The notes under the pieces: model-generated
Told to the model about the DNA's origin: nothing
Databases searched by the model: none
Seen by the model: only the letters and a program-made list of their open reading frames with translations
Translations under genes and position numbers: made by a program
Part shown: positions 25,254-38,300 of the stretch, one piece after another
How the letters are laid out: every line of letters starts with the position of its first letter
Numbering within the stretch: position 1 is the first letter of the stretch
NCBI RefSeq assembly: GCF_000485595.1
Contig: NW_014577068.1
Coordinates: 1,221,761-1,285,760, forward strand
DNA length: 64,000 nt
Reading direction: 5' to 3'
DNA from: Priapulus caudatus
Lineage: Eukaryota

Positions 25254-28200
25254 TGGAACTTTGTCGTACCGGCGTGCGATCTAACGGTGGCGCAGGAGAC
25301 GCTGGCTAGGATAGGTTGGTCCCATGTCTCTTTACGTCTCGTGGGGGGGGGGCGGGCTCGGTGGGAGCAAGGAGCTGCATATGTCAGTGTTGTTATATAT
25401 AACTTCCTTTGGTGGGAGCGTGAGTCTGGGGACGCGACCTGGCTACAGAGCTACGGTGCTCGTGTCGACTGCAGGACGCCCGTGCGAGGGTCGCCTGCAT
25501 GCGGCCGCGTATATCGATCGATTCATCGTCGGATCAGCTTTCGCGAGATTTGTCACAGTCGGCCCTCACTGCATCTTGTTCTCAGTACACATTAAACGGG
25601 ATACGTTTCCGGATCGAGAACTGCATGCGCCTGCTATTATAGAACGGGAAACTTTTTTTCGCAATTTTAGTGCACGATTTATTGCATACGCATCTAGTAA
25701 AATCGGCTAGGGAAGGGATTTGCGCAATGAAGTGTATAAATGCTCGTGTGTCACGAGTGTGACAATATGTGTAACAGCTCAACTTTCGTGTGATAATTCA
25801 CTGCACTCACTGTGGTCAACCCATAGTCAGTAAGAACTATAAGTGAACAGAGACTACACATGAGTGATCACGTGGTGCCCGCCTCTACAGCGACCGTCCG
25901 GCCACGATTTGCGTTCGATTCTGGACAAGTATCACTCAGGATGTAACGAGTGCGTTTAATATTCTCTACGTTTTACGTCAATATTTTAATGGCTGGGATG
26001 CCAGTCTCTTTTTCGAGTGGTGACAATCGTGAGTACTATTATCTGGATACATAACTGGTATTGCATCAATTATGACTACTTCTCACTCCGAACGTACGGT
26101 TGCAGCATGATTGTGTTTTGTCGGATGAATACGAATGCTCTATTTAATCTGCTATTACCTTCAGTATATTTGCTCATTAAAATGTATATATTAAATAACA
26201 ATATAGCAAGTACCTACCTATATAACTTTAAATAACGAGTTTTTTTTTTATTGAATTTGCATAGTTGCCATCATTTCTTCACATGAAGAAAGTTACAGCT
26301 GTGTTTTTTTTTCAAGTAGCTTTTTATGTTTTTATGTGTTAGGTTCTTATAGCTTGATTAGTGTGATAACTACACTTACGAAATCGTGATTCAGATATGC
26401 AGTCATCCTATGCAGGATATGCAGTATCCCATTATGGCTGTAATGCTTACACAATTGTTTACCAATGATATTGCTTGAACAGCGGCGCTGGTATACGCGC
26501 CATGTATGCTTGCCGTGACATCTTTGCAGTGATAGCACCGTATGCAATATACTGACAGGTGTCACCGATGAGTTGCAAATACTCGGACTTTTACCTGTTA
26601 TAGTCGATGTATGAAAAGATGTGCGACAACCTGACAGAGGGTCGATATGTCATCTGGTGTAACATCTCGGAAAGTCTATTCACGGAGAGACCAGATGATG
26701 AAGGTACAACACACCCAGACAACAGTCTACGGAGTGTGCACGACTTAAGCTGGGATGACATTACCTGGATTCTCACTAGCTCCTTCATCATATTCACCAT
26801 GCAGTCAGGTGAGCAATCGAGCTATAATTCACGGCTGCTATTACACTGAACAAATTTCATATAGTTGTAAGTAATGCTTCGTGTATATGCTATATATGAA
26901 TTGACAAGTGATGCTATGGCGAGTGCGTAGAGCCTCTCATACCACGACGAAGTAACCGTCCGATGTTTTACTTTTCTTACATTTTAATTATTTGAAAGAA
27001 ACTTATTTAGATTACGTAGCACAACCGTCAGTACGTAGTTAGACGAACAACACGTAACAGTGCGTGTATACATGACGACGAAGGCGACGACGGTATTATA
27101 AAGGTATCGGGGTTATAGGGGCATAAGGCTTATCGGTAATTGCTCTGGCAGCTTGCACACCGGAGGCGTGCAAACTCTCAAGAAATACAATTCGTGGAGG
27201 ACAGAAGCAAGTGCGTCACATTATATTGTGGCTCTGCATCACGGTGTACGCAATTGAGAAACCGTATAAACTGCTCCGCAATTACTGCAAAACATATTTC
27301 GTCGCCCTTCACACGAAAGATTCACGCAATACATTACGACTATCATATTCTCAACCTGCTTTCATATTCTACTGGCGGTCTGTTAGTAAGATGCGCCTGT
27401 TTCGAATATAGAAGTAAGAGCTTGTTATCGGAGACGATGGGGAGCGGTTCATCGTGATAGTCATTAGTGTAATATATGTTAAACGTTTGCATTATGCACA
27501 TCTGCCATAGGACAATAGCACATCACTTTTAGGCACATCACATTACCACATAGGGTGGTATCTAAAATCGAGCGATTTTGAAGTCAAATAAGTGAGGTTT
27601 TGCAACGAATATATTGCTACTGGTGATATATATTTCTTATGTCGGGTGAAATTCATGTGGTTAACGTTCCAACTGATTCACAGAACATGTAAAACTTCCT
27701 CCGAGTATTATAGGCAAAATTGAACCATGGCTCGCCATATTCGACCCGCACACGATTATAGGCATATACTACGTTCTTCCCCGACGCCATTTTTTTTTCT
27801 TTGAGCAGGTTTTGGCTTCCGCCCCGACTAGAGTCCGGGGCCGTCACGCGCAAAAAAAAACGAAGTGAACAGCATGGTGAAGAACGTCGTCGATGTCGTC
27901 TTCGGCGGAATGGCGTTCTGGATCTTCGGCTACGCTCTGGCGTTCGGCGATGGACCCGGCAGCAACCCGTTCTGCGGATCCGGCGAGTTCTTCGTTAACG
28001 CCGAGCCGGACGCGATGGGCATCACCTTCTCCAAGTTTGTCTTCCAGCTGTCGTTCTCGACGACGGCGACGACGATTGTCTCCGGGGCGATGGCCGAGCG
28101 CACGCGGCTCTCTGCCTACAGCGTCTTCTCGTTCGTCAACACGGTCGTCTACTGCATGCCGACGTCGTGGATCTGGCGTGAGGCCGGCTTCCTCTACCGG

Positions 28201-28676
28201 ATGGGCGTCGTCGACATCGCCGGCGCCGGGGCGGTGCACCTGGTTGGCGCTACGGCGGGGCTGGTGGCAACGTGCGTGCTGAGGCCCCGCATGGGGCGCT
28301 ACGATCGCGGCAGGAGCCGACCGGAGATGTGCTTGCCGACGAACGCGCTCATTTTAATTATACATGCTCTGGTAATCTAGAAAGTATAATCTTGATCTTC
28401 TCTCTTGGCGAAGTAATCTAGAAAAAGTGTTAAAAGTAGCCGGGTATGTAAAGTAGGCTTCTAAGCAGTTACCTTCCGTTCGGCCTTTATATAACTAAAC
28501 GTTTTCAGGTATGCGCGCATATTACGATGTTCGATACGTAGCGTGCATGGGAACGCGATGTTGCGATCGTAATATTTATGCATGTCCCACATCCGTCTCT
28601 GCATCTATCAACTATTCCACTATATATCATTATATATGTATATAATATATATATATATATATAATTGATGTGTATG

Positions 28677-28709
<33 letters not shown>

Positions 28710-28756
28710 GTGTGTGTGTGTGTGTGTGTATGTGTGGTGTTTGTGTGTGTGATGTG

Positions 28757-28787
<31 letters not shown>

Positions 28788-29533
28788 GCCGCTCGTAGCG
28801 TGCGTGTGTGTGTGCGTCCGTACGTGCGTACGTGTGTGTGTGTGTGCGTTCGTACGTGCGTACGTGGTGTGTGTGTGTGTGTGTGCGCGCGCGCGTTGTG
28901 TGTGTGTGTTGTGTGTGTGTGTGTGTGTGTGCGTGCGTACGTGCGTGTGTGCGCGCTGTGTGTGTAGCTCAGTGTGGGCCTGACATATCAAGCCATCGGC
29001 ATCGCGGTGTTATTCGCTGTCGTATTATCTCATCATCGCGCCACACTGTCACAACACTCCGACATTGCAGGCGCGATGCTTGTAAGATATCTTATTGATG
29101 GCTCGACATGCGTCCTGCAGCAATGAGCTGCTACAGTACGTATCTCGCTCGTGCTGTTTACTCAATGACAGTGAATAGCTTACCTGCATATTATGTGACT
29201 TCATATACAGATGCGCTGCAATCGCAACACTGCAGTCGTTAATTTTATCAGCTTTGGCTTTACAAGCGCAACAATAATTTACGTTCTGCTAGTTGTCTCG
29301 CTCGTGATTAGTCCCTGACCGCGGCTGGGTATTTAACAATATATGCAATCTAAAGTTTCAACGGTGAATTTGAGAATAGCACACAATTTATTGGTCACAT
29401 CGCAAAAACTTTTTATTAAAAACTTTTTTATTAAAAAAAAGTATGTGCAGGTAGTCCACCATAGATCGTGTTGAGGTCGTATATTGTCGTTGAACACCGT
29501 TATAAATGCCACGGACGTTTATATGCATTATAT

Positions 29534-29636
29534 CAGGGGTTAATAATAACAAATTATTAAATTGACCATTTTTGGTTAATTATTAACCAATAATTAACCA
29601 TTAAATTAACCAATAATTTGTCATTATTAACCCCTG
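29534..29636. mobile_element. Palindromic mini-MITE
   Basis: caggggttaataataacaaattatt / aataatttgtcattattaacccctg, flanked by a 7-bp duplication attatat. Confidence 0.7.
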
Positions 29637-30132
29637 ATTATATATGCATTTGAAAGCAAGGTCTGAGGCTACTAACGATGTGACAGTGTTCGTTTGGATG
29701 CTCATTCTCTGTTTTAATGGGAGGTTTGTAGTATACAAAGTTGAGAATAATGTCGGGAGCCCGTGCTGGCTGGTGTTGTGGTGTAACTAGAGTCCCTATA
29801 TACAGAGACTCTAGGTGTAACAGCGATGCAGCGCCGCCATGCGGTATGCTTTGGACGCTATTTACTCTATAAAAAACGTGAATGTGCGCACTCAACACTT
29901 AATGTTAAGTCGTGAGTTTGTGATATTACTACCACGAAGAGAATGATCGTTTCTAAAAATAATAATACGGCTAAGTTAGCTATCGAAATGCGATTAGGTA
30001 TAGACAAGCGATAGCGCGGGTCAAGTTTCGATCTTTGCTTTTTTTTATTATAGGTGGGGGTGGCTGGGCTTCAACTGCGGTAGTACCTTTGGAATTTCGG
30101 GACAAAAATGGAAACTAACCACCAGGTACAAT

Positions 30133-30460
30133 ATGTTGCTAATAAAGCAGTGACATATGTTATAAAGCAGTGACATGTGTTATAAAGTAGTGGCATATGT
30201 TATAAAACAGTGGCATATTTTATAAAACAGTGGTATTTGTTATAAAACAGTGGAATATGTTATAAAACAGTGGAATATGCTATAAAACAGTGGTATATGT
30301 TACAAAACAGCGTTATATGTTATAAAACAGTAGAATATGTTACAAAACAATGGTATATGTTATAAAATAGTGGAATATGTTATAAAATTATAGTGGAATA
30401 TGTTATAAAATAGTGGAATATGTTATAAAATAATGGAATATGTTATAAAATAGTGGTACA
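30133..30460. repeat. 20-bp minisatellite (gttataaaacagtggaatat), about 16 units
   Basis: Direct tandem units just after an Amt donor site. Confidence 0.9.
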
Positions 30461-30462
30461 TG

Positions 30463-30817
30463 TCAGTGGTCGGCAACACACGGCCCGCCAGTGTAATCTG
30501 TCAACTCCGTAATAGCCTTTAACAAATAATTGAACAATTAAACAAAATATAAATTTGAAAATTATTATTTTCTCTAATTTTCTAACTTAATTCTTCTTAA
30601 CTTCAAATTCTACCTTATCTAACTGATTGCTCATATCATTCAATGGAGTACTTATTTATTGAAATATCATTGCTGATGGGGTTTATTAAAACTATTATTT
30701 ACTATTAATTAAATGCTTTTTTATAATTGTTTGCTTATTAGTTTTTAAATCATGACCTGCTATTCGAGGGACACATCTGTCTCTGGCCCCTGTCCAAAAT
30801 AGGTTGCCGACCCTTGC
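30463..30817. mobile_element. hAT-like MITE
   Basis: Ends cagtggtcggcaac / gttgccgacccttg; no clear target duplication. Confidence 0.5.
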
Positions 30818-31907
30818 ATCAATTTATACTATATTGTATATGTGCATTATCAATTATTATATCAACATACGTATATCAATTACAGAAACTTCAGCTCTTT
30901 TTACTCATCTCTATTCATTTCATCCAGGTCTGCCGTTACTACAATTAATGCGTCCGTGGGTTGAGGCATTGTCGCAATATTGTACAGGTGATGATTCATT
31001 ATTTACATAATTACAGATCTGGTAGTCAGCTGCTAAAGATGAAGCAGTTCGATTAACAATTATATTATCTTGCGTGCGTACGCGCATGTACGTGTACATG
31101 AGCTTGTGCGTTTGCGTGTTCGTGTGTCCGCGCGCGCGTGTACGTAAGCGTAAGCGCGTGCGTACGCGTGCTCGTGTGCGTGTGGTGGTGCGTCTCTTTT
31201 TAATAAACTCGCAAAAAGGGCGGTACAAAATGTTATTGAAACGGCAGCCCGAAACAATTGTTGGCATAGATTTGTTGGTTAATGTAAAATGTGCCATTTA
31301 CAACAAAGATTCTTTTTCGACATTGTAAAATTCAAAATGTGATATGATTACACAGATTATCTTCCTGATTAAAACTTCCGCTGCAGTTCGTAACCTGTTT
31401 TAATTGCCCACTGCATTTGCCTTCCATAGTGTCGTAACTAACAGAGGACTGTACGATATTTCTCAACTAATCAACGGAATTCTTGGCTCACTCGTAGGAA
31501 CAACGGGTAATAATCTAATAAAACTAGTAAAATTAATTAATTAATATAAATAAATCACATTGCGTTATTAACTAAATAATGAATCAGATAACACATAGTA
31601 CAACCTACTAATAGATTTATTGTCGCATCTAAGCGTCTGTGCAAATGTCCATCACACATGCACACACGGACCCGAGTAGTATCAAGAAACGCACCTTTTT
31701 GTTTATCTGTAGACTGGCGAAACTTCCAAAACATGGTTGTCACGAGTTAATTCTAGCAAGAATATATGACACCTATGGAGTCAGCTACTGAGCTGTATAT
31801 AATAATAATGTTATTATTTATGCCCTGCGCAAACTCTTAATTCGCGGGATATTATTTTCCGCGTGGACGCGCAATGTTCCCTTCTGTATTATTTCTCTCA
31901 TTCTCTC

Positions 31908-32154
31908 AGGGCCGTAGCTTGTGGGGGCAAGGGGGGCAACTGCCCCCTCGATTTTGGAGCAAAATTAAAATACACCTAAAAAGGCTTTATTTTGTAAAGA
32001 TTTTTTTGGTCACTTATCCGTGAAAGCCTTGTGTCAGACCCACCCCACCACACTATGGACGTCGGTCAAGAGCTGCGCCCGTCCCTCATCATTACACAGT
32101 TCAGTCATGAAATTTGCTCCCCCCCCCCAGGAATTTGCTCAGCCTACGGCCCTG
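31908..32154. mobile_element. MITE-like element
   Basis: Ends cagggccgtag / ctacggccctg. Confidence 0.55.
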
Positions 32155-35100
32155 CTCGTTTTTTATATTAGTAGAACAGCCGATGTGTGTCAACATTTTT
32201 AATGTAAATCCACCAGTCATTGGCATAGACTTAGGCTAAGCCATTCTAAATGTTATCACAGAGGAGCATCAAAAAAACGCCTTCTGTTGACCGCGGCGGC
32301 CCAACTTTTGCCGTCGTCACAACCAGAATTTACCTCTTTGTCTTTGCAGCTAACCATATACCAACATGGGAAATATGGTTTCATAAAAAAACATTATTAA
32401 TTCAACGTTTTTTATATAGCATGCTGCGCCGTATGCAGACCATGGGAGGCGATTATCATTGGCGCATTGGGAAGTCTGTTTGCTCTTTTGGCAATACCGT
32501 TATTGGATGCCATACACATAGGCAAGTGTTGCATTCATCCAGTCAATTCTAGTCAAAACGCTGTGGCATGCTTTAGAAATGTTGTCGTTCGTTTGACCTT
32601 TTCCGTGTATTCTGTCCGTCCTTCTGTTTTGTCGTCGTTCTTTTCGTTTTGCCGTCACCATGTCGTCGTTGCGTTGTTGCATCATACAACAAGAGACTTC
32701 GCTTGCAAAACATGTAATGACTAAAATATGCGCGTTCGTTGTTGCTTTGTCAGACGATCCGGTGAATGTTGTCTCCGTGCATGGTGTTGCTGGCGTGTGG
32801 AGCATGGTCGCTGTCGGCTTGTTCGCCAGCAATGAGACACTGCGCAGACTAACACACGGCCGAGCGGGACTATTTCACGGCGGAGGATTCTACCTACTCG
32901 GAGTCCAAGTTTTTTGCGTGCGTCTGCATTTGTACGTACAGCGCTCTGCTGACGCTCATTCTTCTCTTTGTGAGTAATATTCTGGGTCCAATTATAAAGA
33001 ACAATTGCATATTTAAATAGAATGTAAGTCTATTAACAATGTTACAGATTTCAAAATATTTTTGCTTGTAAGAAAACGCACTTCGGTACTTACGCGTTCG
33101 CATTATGTAAATTTATATCAATTCCGTTTAGGTCGATATAAATCAGATTGATGTGGATAGCGCAAACTGAAACTTCTTTTACTTTCAATTGCCCAACAAT
33201 GTTTTTTTATTTTCTAAACTATTGTGTTTTATAAATGCGCCATATACATTGCCATCGGTCATTTCCTAAAACGTTCTAAATTTCAGAAAAAAATTTCTAT
33301 ATTCGAAAACCAATTATAGTTTATTAGGCGTAGATATGAACTACGGTATACAAATTGTTGTCGGAAAGAAATGAAAGGGGGCGTTGTATCTAATTTACAC
33401 CAATTGTTATTAGTTTTTTTTCTAATAAAACAACACGTTATCTAAAAAATGATGCCATGAATACCCAATTTCCCTTAACCGTCATGGGATCGCGACCAAA
33501 TTTCAGTAAGCCAGTTGGGTACTTCTTTCATGTTTTAGTAATTCTACCATCAAATCATGTATTTCGACACCCACTTTTATCGTTGTTTTTAAACAGTATG
33601 TTTTTTTTTGTATCGCATCAGCTCATCGATAAGACGATGGGGCTTCGCATGAGCGAGGAAGACGAGCAGACGGGGGTAGACATTACAGAACATGGCATAA
33701 TCAATGATAATGACACGATCCAACTTGCGATGTTCGGCACAAGGCCGAGATCGACCTCTGACAGACTTCACAGCTCGGACAGCCGGAGAAGTACGACTGT
33801 TGGTGTGGCTAATGCAGCCTGGGAAAAAATGTTCGTTTTTATCCTTCCGAACGAAATCGGCGGTGTGGATAATCTGTCGGTAATTCATTGACGGCAGGTT
33901 AATGTCTATGATAACCTATCTTCACAATCCGTTTGTGATGTATTTTTTGTTCTGTTCAACTACCTATAACCAGGTACAGAAAATAAGACAAACGCGAATG
34001 CAAGAAATGTAACTCGTCCATATTGTTTTAAAGAAATGTTTCAATAATCTAGGTGTCTCGATAGTTCGTCGGAGCGGCCATATTTTTCCACAGCGCATAC
34101 ATATATATCACGTGACGTGTAAGCTACTTTGTTAGCAAAACTAGATTACAGTCTACGTAAGAAATTGCAAGGAACAACGCTAATATAATTACATGCTTTA
34201 CTAGGGTTAATATTAGGTAAAGGGTTAATATACCCAGCTGTTTAATGCGCGGTGCGTGAAAGACGTCAAAAGACTGGTCACCTTTAAATCTAATAGCATA
34301 CGAGAAAATATTTACTATAGTTTATTTATCGTCCAGGCTATCTACATTGTTTGCAGGCAACACAATGATTAGACTGATCTCTTGAGAGGCTAGTACATCC
34401 TATCTGACACCATCAATAAGCTAAACTAATGCCAGCGTCGATCACGTTTACGAGAATTATCTAAATTGGCAGATATATCATCACATACAATTTCCAGATC
34501 AATTCGTGGTTCATTCGTCGATCTGTTTCATTCGCCTTTTCACAATATAAATGATGAAATCTCCGTTTTTGGATGTTATTTATATAACTGTATATTATAC
34601 AAGCTATGGGTAGATGCGCTACTATCATCGCACCATTGTTTCTCCCATAATCTACCAGAGTCATATCTTATCATATGATGAGTCCTGTTCAAAAATAACC
34701 TGGTTATCTAACCTAAACAAACTAAAACAACCCAAATAACCTAATCAACCTAAAAATGGGCTGTTGCACAGTATAAGGAAGTAATAACAGTACTTTTAAA
34801 AAGGAATAGTCATCGAATTGAAATGACTTATCTAAACATGATATTTATATATGATCATTTATTATGATTAAGCGATTAAATCGGGCGACGAAATCGGGCG
34901 ACTAAATCGGCGGCGATTGAGTAGACACACTAGGCGATTTCACCGGCGATTGATTCGCCCGATTTAGTCGCCCGATTTAATCGCCTAGTGTTTCCGGCCC
35001 TTTTGAGTGAAAAATCCTTCATATGCGAGAATCGAAACGATTTTCTATTGATGAAAAATACACGATCATGCGTGATTAATATTTACCGGCATCAAAGAGG

Positions 35101-35315
35101 AAAAAATATGAATTCGCTCATCAGAAGCTAATGCAACTTAGTTGGTGACTGACCTTTCGGTGTGCGCTGCAACGTGCCAGTGATTGATTCGCGAAGCAGC
35201 CTTCTGCCCGACTTCAATAGTTGAGTTCACAAGGTACAGTGATTTATTTTTATAGCTAGTTTTTTTATGATGATACTGAACAAAACTCTTTTCGCGAACG
35301 CGGGTGCTCACCATT

Positions 35316-38300
35316 TTACCACAAATGAGAAGCGATAGCACCGGTTAGCATCAACCAAATGCTAATGACGCTGTTATCGTCTGCTGCGGAACTTAGTGAT
35401 ACTGGCACAGTCGCACACAAATTTTTAACTAATGTAGAGCCGGCTTTGGCGATTTGGGTTTTTAATTGCTCGCAGCTGGAGTGGGTGAACATCTTGTTTA
35501 AACCGCCCAAAACCTCTGCGAGTGATCTGCAAGAAAGAAATGTACTGCCGTTAGTATTATTGATTACCTCGGCGAGGATCCCATTCAGTTTCGCATGGCT
35601 TACGGGCCGGATTTAAGGGCCGGACTAAGGGCCGGACTTACTTAAGGGCCGGACTTAAGGGCCGTACACACTAGGCGATTTTATCGGGCGACTCAGTCGG
35701 GCGACTCAATCGCCGGTGAAAATCGCCTAATGCAAAATAGGCTAAATTAGCAGCTAGCAACTACGAAACAATGAAGGCCCAACGAGTCTAGACGAAAGAT
35801 GATACTTACTGGCACTGGTGCTCTTTTAACGGTTTACCATCCATGTTAAGATCGATGGCCATTAGCTTGGTTGCCATAATTTGAAGATCGACCAAGCTGT
35901 TTAGTCGTCGTAGGTCAGTGTCAGGAGAACCTTGATAGTACCGTCGTCCGAATATGGCGTCGAACGAATTTGAAACGCACTGAGCGGCTTCCAACGCTTC
36001 ATCAAAATAAAACAAAAGTGTCAAAACTATAACCTGTATAATTATAAACAATAACATGGGTTCTATCGCTAACAGAATCTATTCAACCGACGAAGCCTAC
36101 GAGACAATCAGTAAAGCACTTCGTGATGTTGAATATATATGAAATGCAACGATGAGCCACAGCGATATACGGCTACTTTGTTGATCTATTGCGACCAGCA
36201 AAAGTGCTTAAACATGCAGAGAGTGAAACATATACGTGTATGCACATAGAGGGAGTTTTTGTGCATTTTCCAAGTCGCGTTATTTTATGAGGAGGTGTTG
36301 CTGAAAATTATGTAACTGCAAGAATTTCCAAGTAAAGTGAGGAAGAATTATCATCCATACATCACTCTTTGATTGCCTTCATATATATCACTGCCTTGAA
36401 TTTTTAGGCCACCATTTTTTATTTTGTTGGTTTACAGAATTTTTGTTGTTGTTGTTGAGTCGGTAGGGTAAAAAAAAAAAAAACTAAATGAAAACAAAAC
36501 TCAACTTATAATTATTTTTACTTTTATTATAAACTATTTGTTTATGAAATGTTTATTCATATTTCTTAGAGACAAGGTCGGCGGGAATAAAAAAATACAA
36601 ATTTTCAATTTTTATTTTTTTTCGTTTTTCTTGAAAATTCGGGTCGGCGGATCTGTAAACCAACAAAATAAAAATTTCTCGCCTTAAGGTTGGTATATAA
36701 TAAGCTGAACCTTGTCATCAAAAATTAACACCAATTACCACAACAAAATAAACATCGGTCCATTGCTAAGAGCTTGTTTAGCGCTGTTACATTCACCTAC
36801 TCTCTTTACTTACCCCCTGGAGTTGTTAGTAGAGAAAACGGTTTAGTTCCACATGCCTCTCGTGCGACAGCAAGCACGGCATCCGCAAGGAAGTACAGTT
36901 CACGGAAGTTAATTTTGTGGATAATTGTCGGGTAACCCGACATCATGTAGTAAAATAATCTTTCATGAGGTGGATATATCAAATCGGTATCCTTGCAGCC
37001 GACAACATCTTTGATGATGATGCGTATGCACTTGTTGGCCTTCTCAAAGTTACTGCAAAAAAACAACACACTATAGTTACACGCACATCATATAGAATAA
37101 TATCCGCAATTTATCGGCTAGCGATTTCTATCATGCTTTGCAGAAGAGTTAGGTAGCGACCCAGAACCGGATCATGCCGGCAGCTTTCACGATAGCAGGG
37201 TGCCGGATGGGGCGAGGCAATCGCTATGGGCTATGCATTCATTCGCACCTAGTGCAGATCAGTGTGTGGGGTGAGTGCGAGGCGGGCGTTTGTACCAATG
37301 TGGAGCGTATGCATCGCAATGTCTGGGTTGTCTTAATGGGCGATGATATGATTGACCCAACTATTCTAAGTACAGGATTAATATCTATTTAGATGACTCA
37401 CAAGTCTATGATGGCAACGATTATAGCCAATTGTTCCAGAATATTTCTTAGGTTTTATTGAAACATTCCAGAATATATTCAACTGTTACAGCTATGCTCA
37501 TACAACAAATGCATGTTTAACAAGAATGGCACTTTCCGGAACTATGAAGGAAATGTTTACATCTCTCTTTCTCTCTCGCACACAGCACACGCCCGCACAC
37601 ACCACAACACACACAAGCCACACACCCACACCAACACACACACACACACACACACACACGGCGATTTACACACACGCACTACACACACACAACACACTCC
37701 TTATTTCTCTTGCTCGCTCTCCCTTTTGCGGGGGTAGCGGTGGCGGTGGCGGTGGCGGCGGTGGCGATGCAAATACATGTCCCGTTTAATTAAGTAGCAA
37801 AAATTGCATTAAACAGTTTGGACACTGTTCAAAAATATGTGTATGAAAGGAAATCACTCTCCACGGACAACTATGAAACTGTCCAGGCAATTACCCCCTC
37901 GAACAAACTAACTATCAATACAATATACCCCCACGGCAATCTACTGTCAGACAATTACCCCACGAACAACTACTGTCAGAAAATTACCGCCAAACGGCCA
38001 ACTAACTGTCAACAAATTACCCGCACGAAAACTTACTGTCAGAAAAAATACCCCTACGGACATCTAGCTGTCAGACAATGTAACCCCCCACGAACAACTA
38101 CATGTCGAGAAAATTACAGCCACGGACAACTACGTGTCGGACATTACCTCCCACGGACAACTACTGGTCCAGACAATAATACCCCCACGGACAACTACTG
38201 CAGACAATTACCGGTCGCCCGCGAAACAAACATACGGCCGGAACAAATTACCGTCCACGGACAACTACTGTCAACAATTACCGGCCACAAACAACTACGG

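Larger units (their letters stand above)
26607..33891 (+). pseudogene. amt: Ammonium transporter (Amt/Mep family, invertebrate Amt-type); disrupted in this assembly
   Basis: Exons 26607-26808 (WILTSSFIIFTMQSG), 27809-28371 (NSMVKNVVD, FQLSFSTTATTIVSGAMAER, DIAGAGAVH), 30054-30125 (WGWLGFNCGS), 30928-30987, 31430-31506 (INGILGSLV), 32420-32521 (GC donor), 32754-32969 (DDPV, VHGVAGVW), 33622-33891 (GLRMSEEDEQTGVDITEHG). Lesions at ~27820-27860 (two indels, TAG 27829), ~28355 (+1), TGA 30962 and ~32915 (+1). Confidence 0.88.

Noticed and set aside
25252..25860. Possible solo LTR after the (TA)n tract
   Set aside because: CpG-rich, but no clear TG...CA boundaries or TSD could be assigned.
27809..28371. 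Horizontal transfer of the GC-rich Amt exon from bacteria
   Set aside because: It is flanked by spliceosomal introns and continues an animal-type Amt across eight exons.
28620..29098. His/Thr- and Cys/Val-rich ORFs here and at ~4.5, 41.3, 47.5, 56-58.6 and 62.3 kb
   Set aside because: Translations of (CA)n, (GT)n, (GCGT)n and (GTCT)n microsatellites.
30962..30964. TGA in Amt read as selenocysteine or readthrough
   Set aside because: It falls in a Gly run rather than at a Cys position, and the gene has separate frameshifts.
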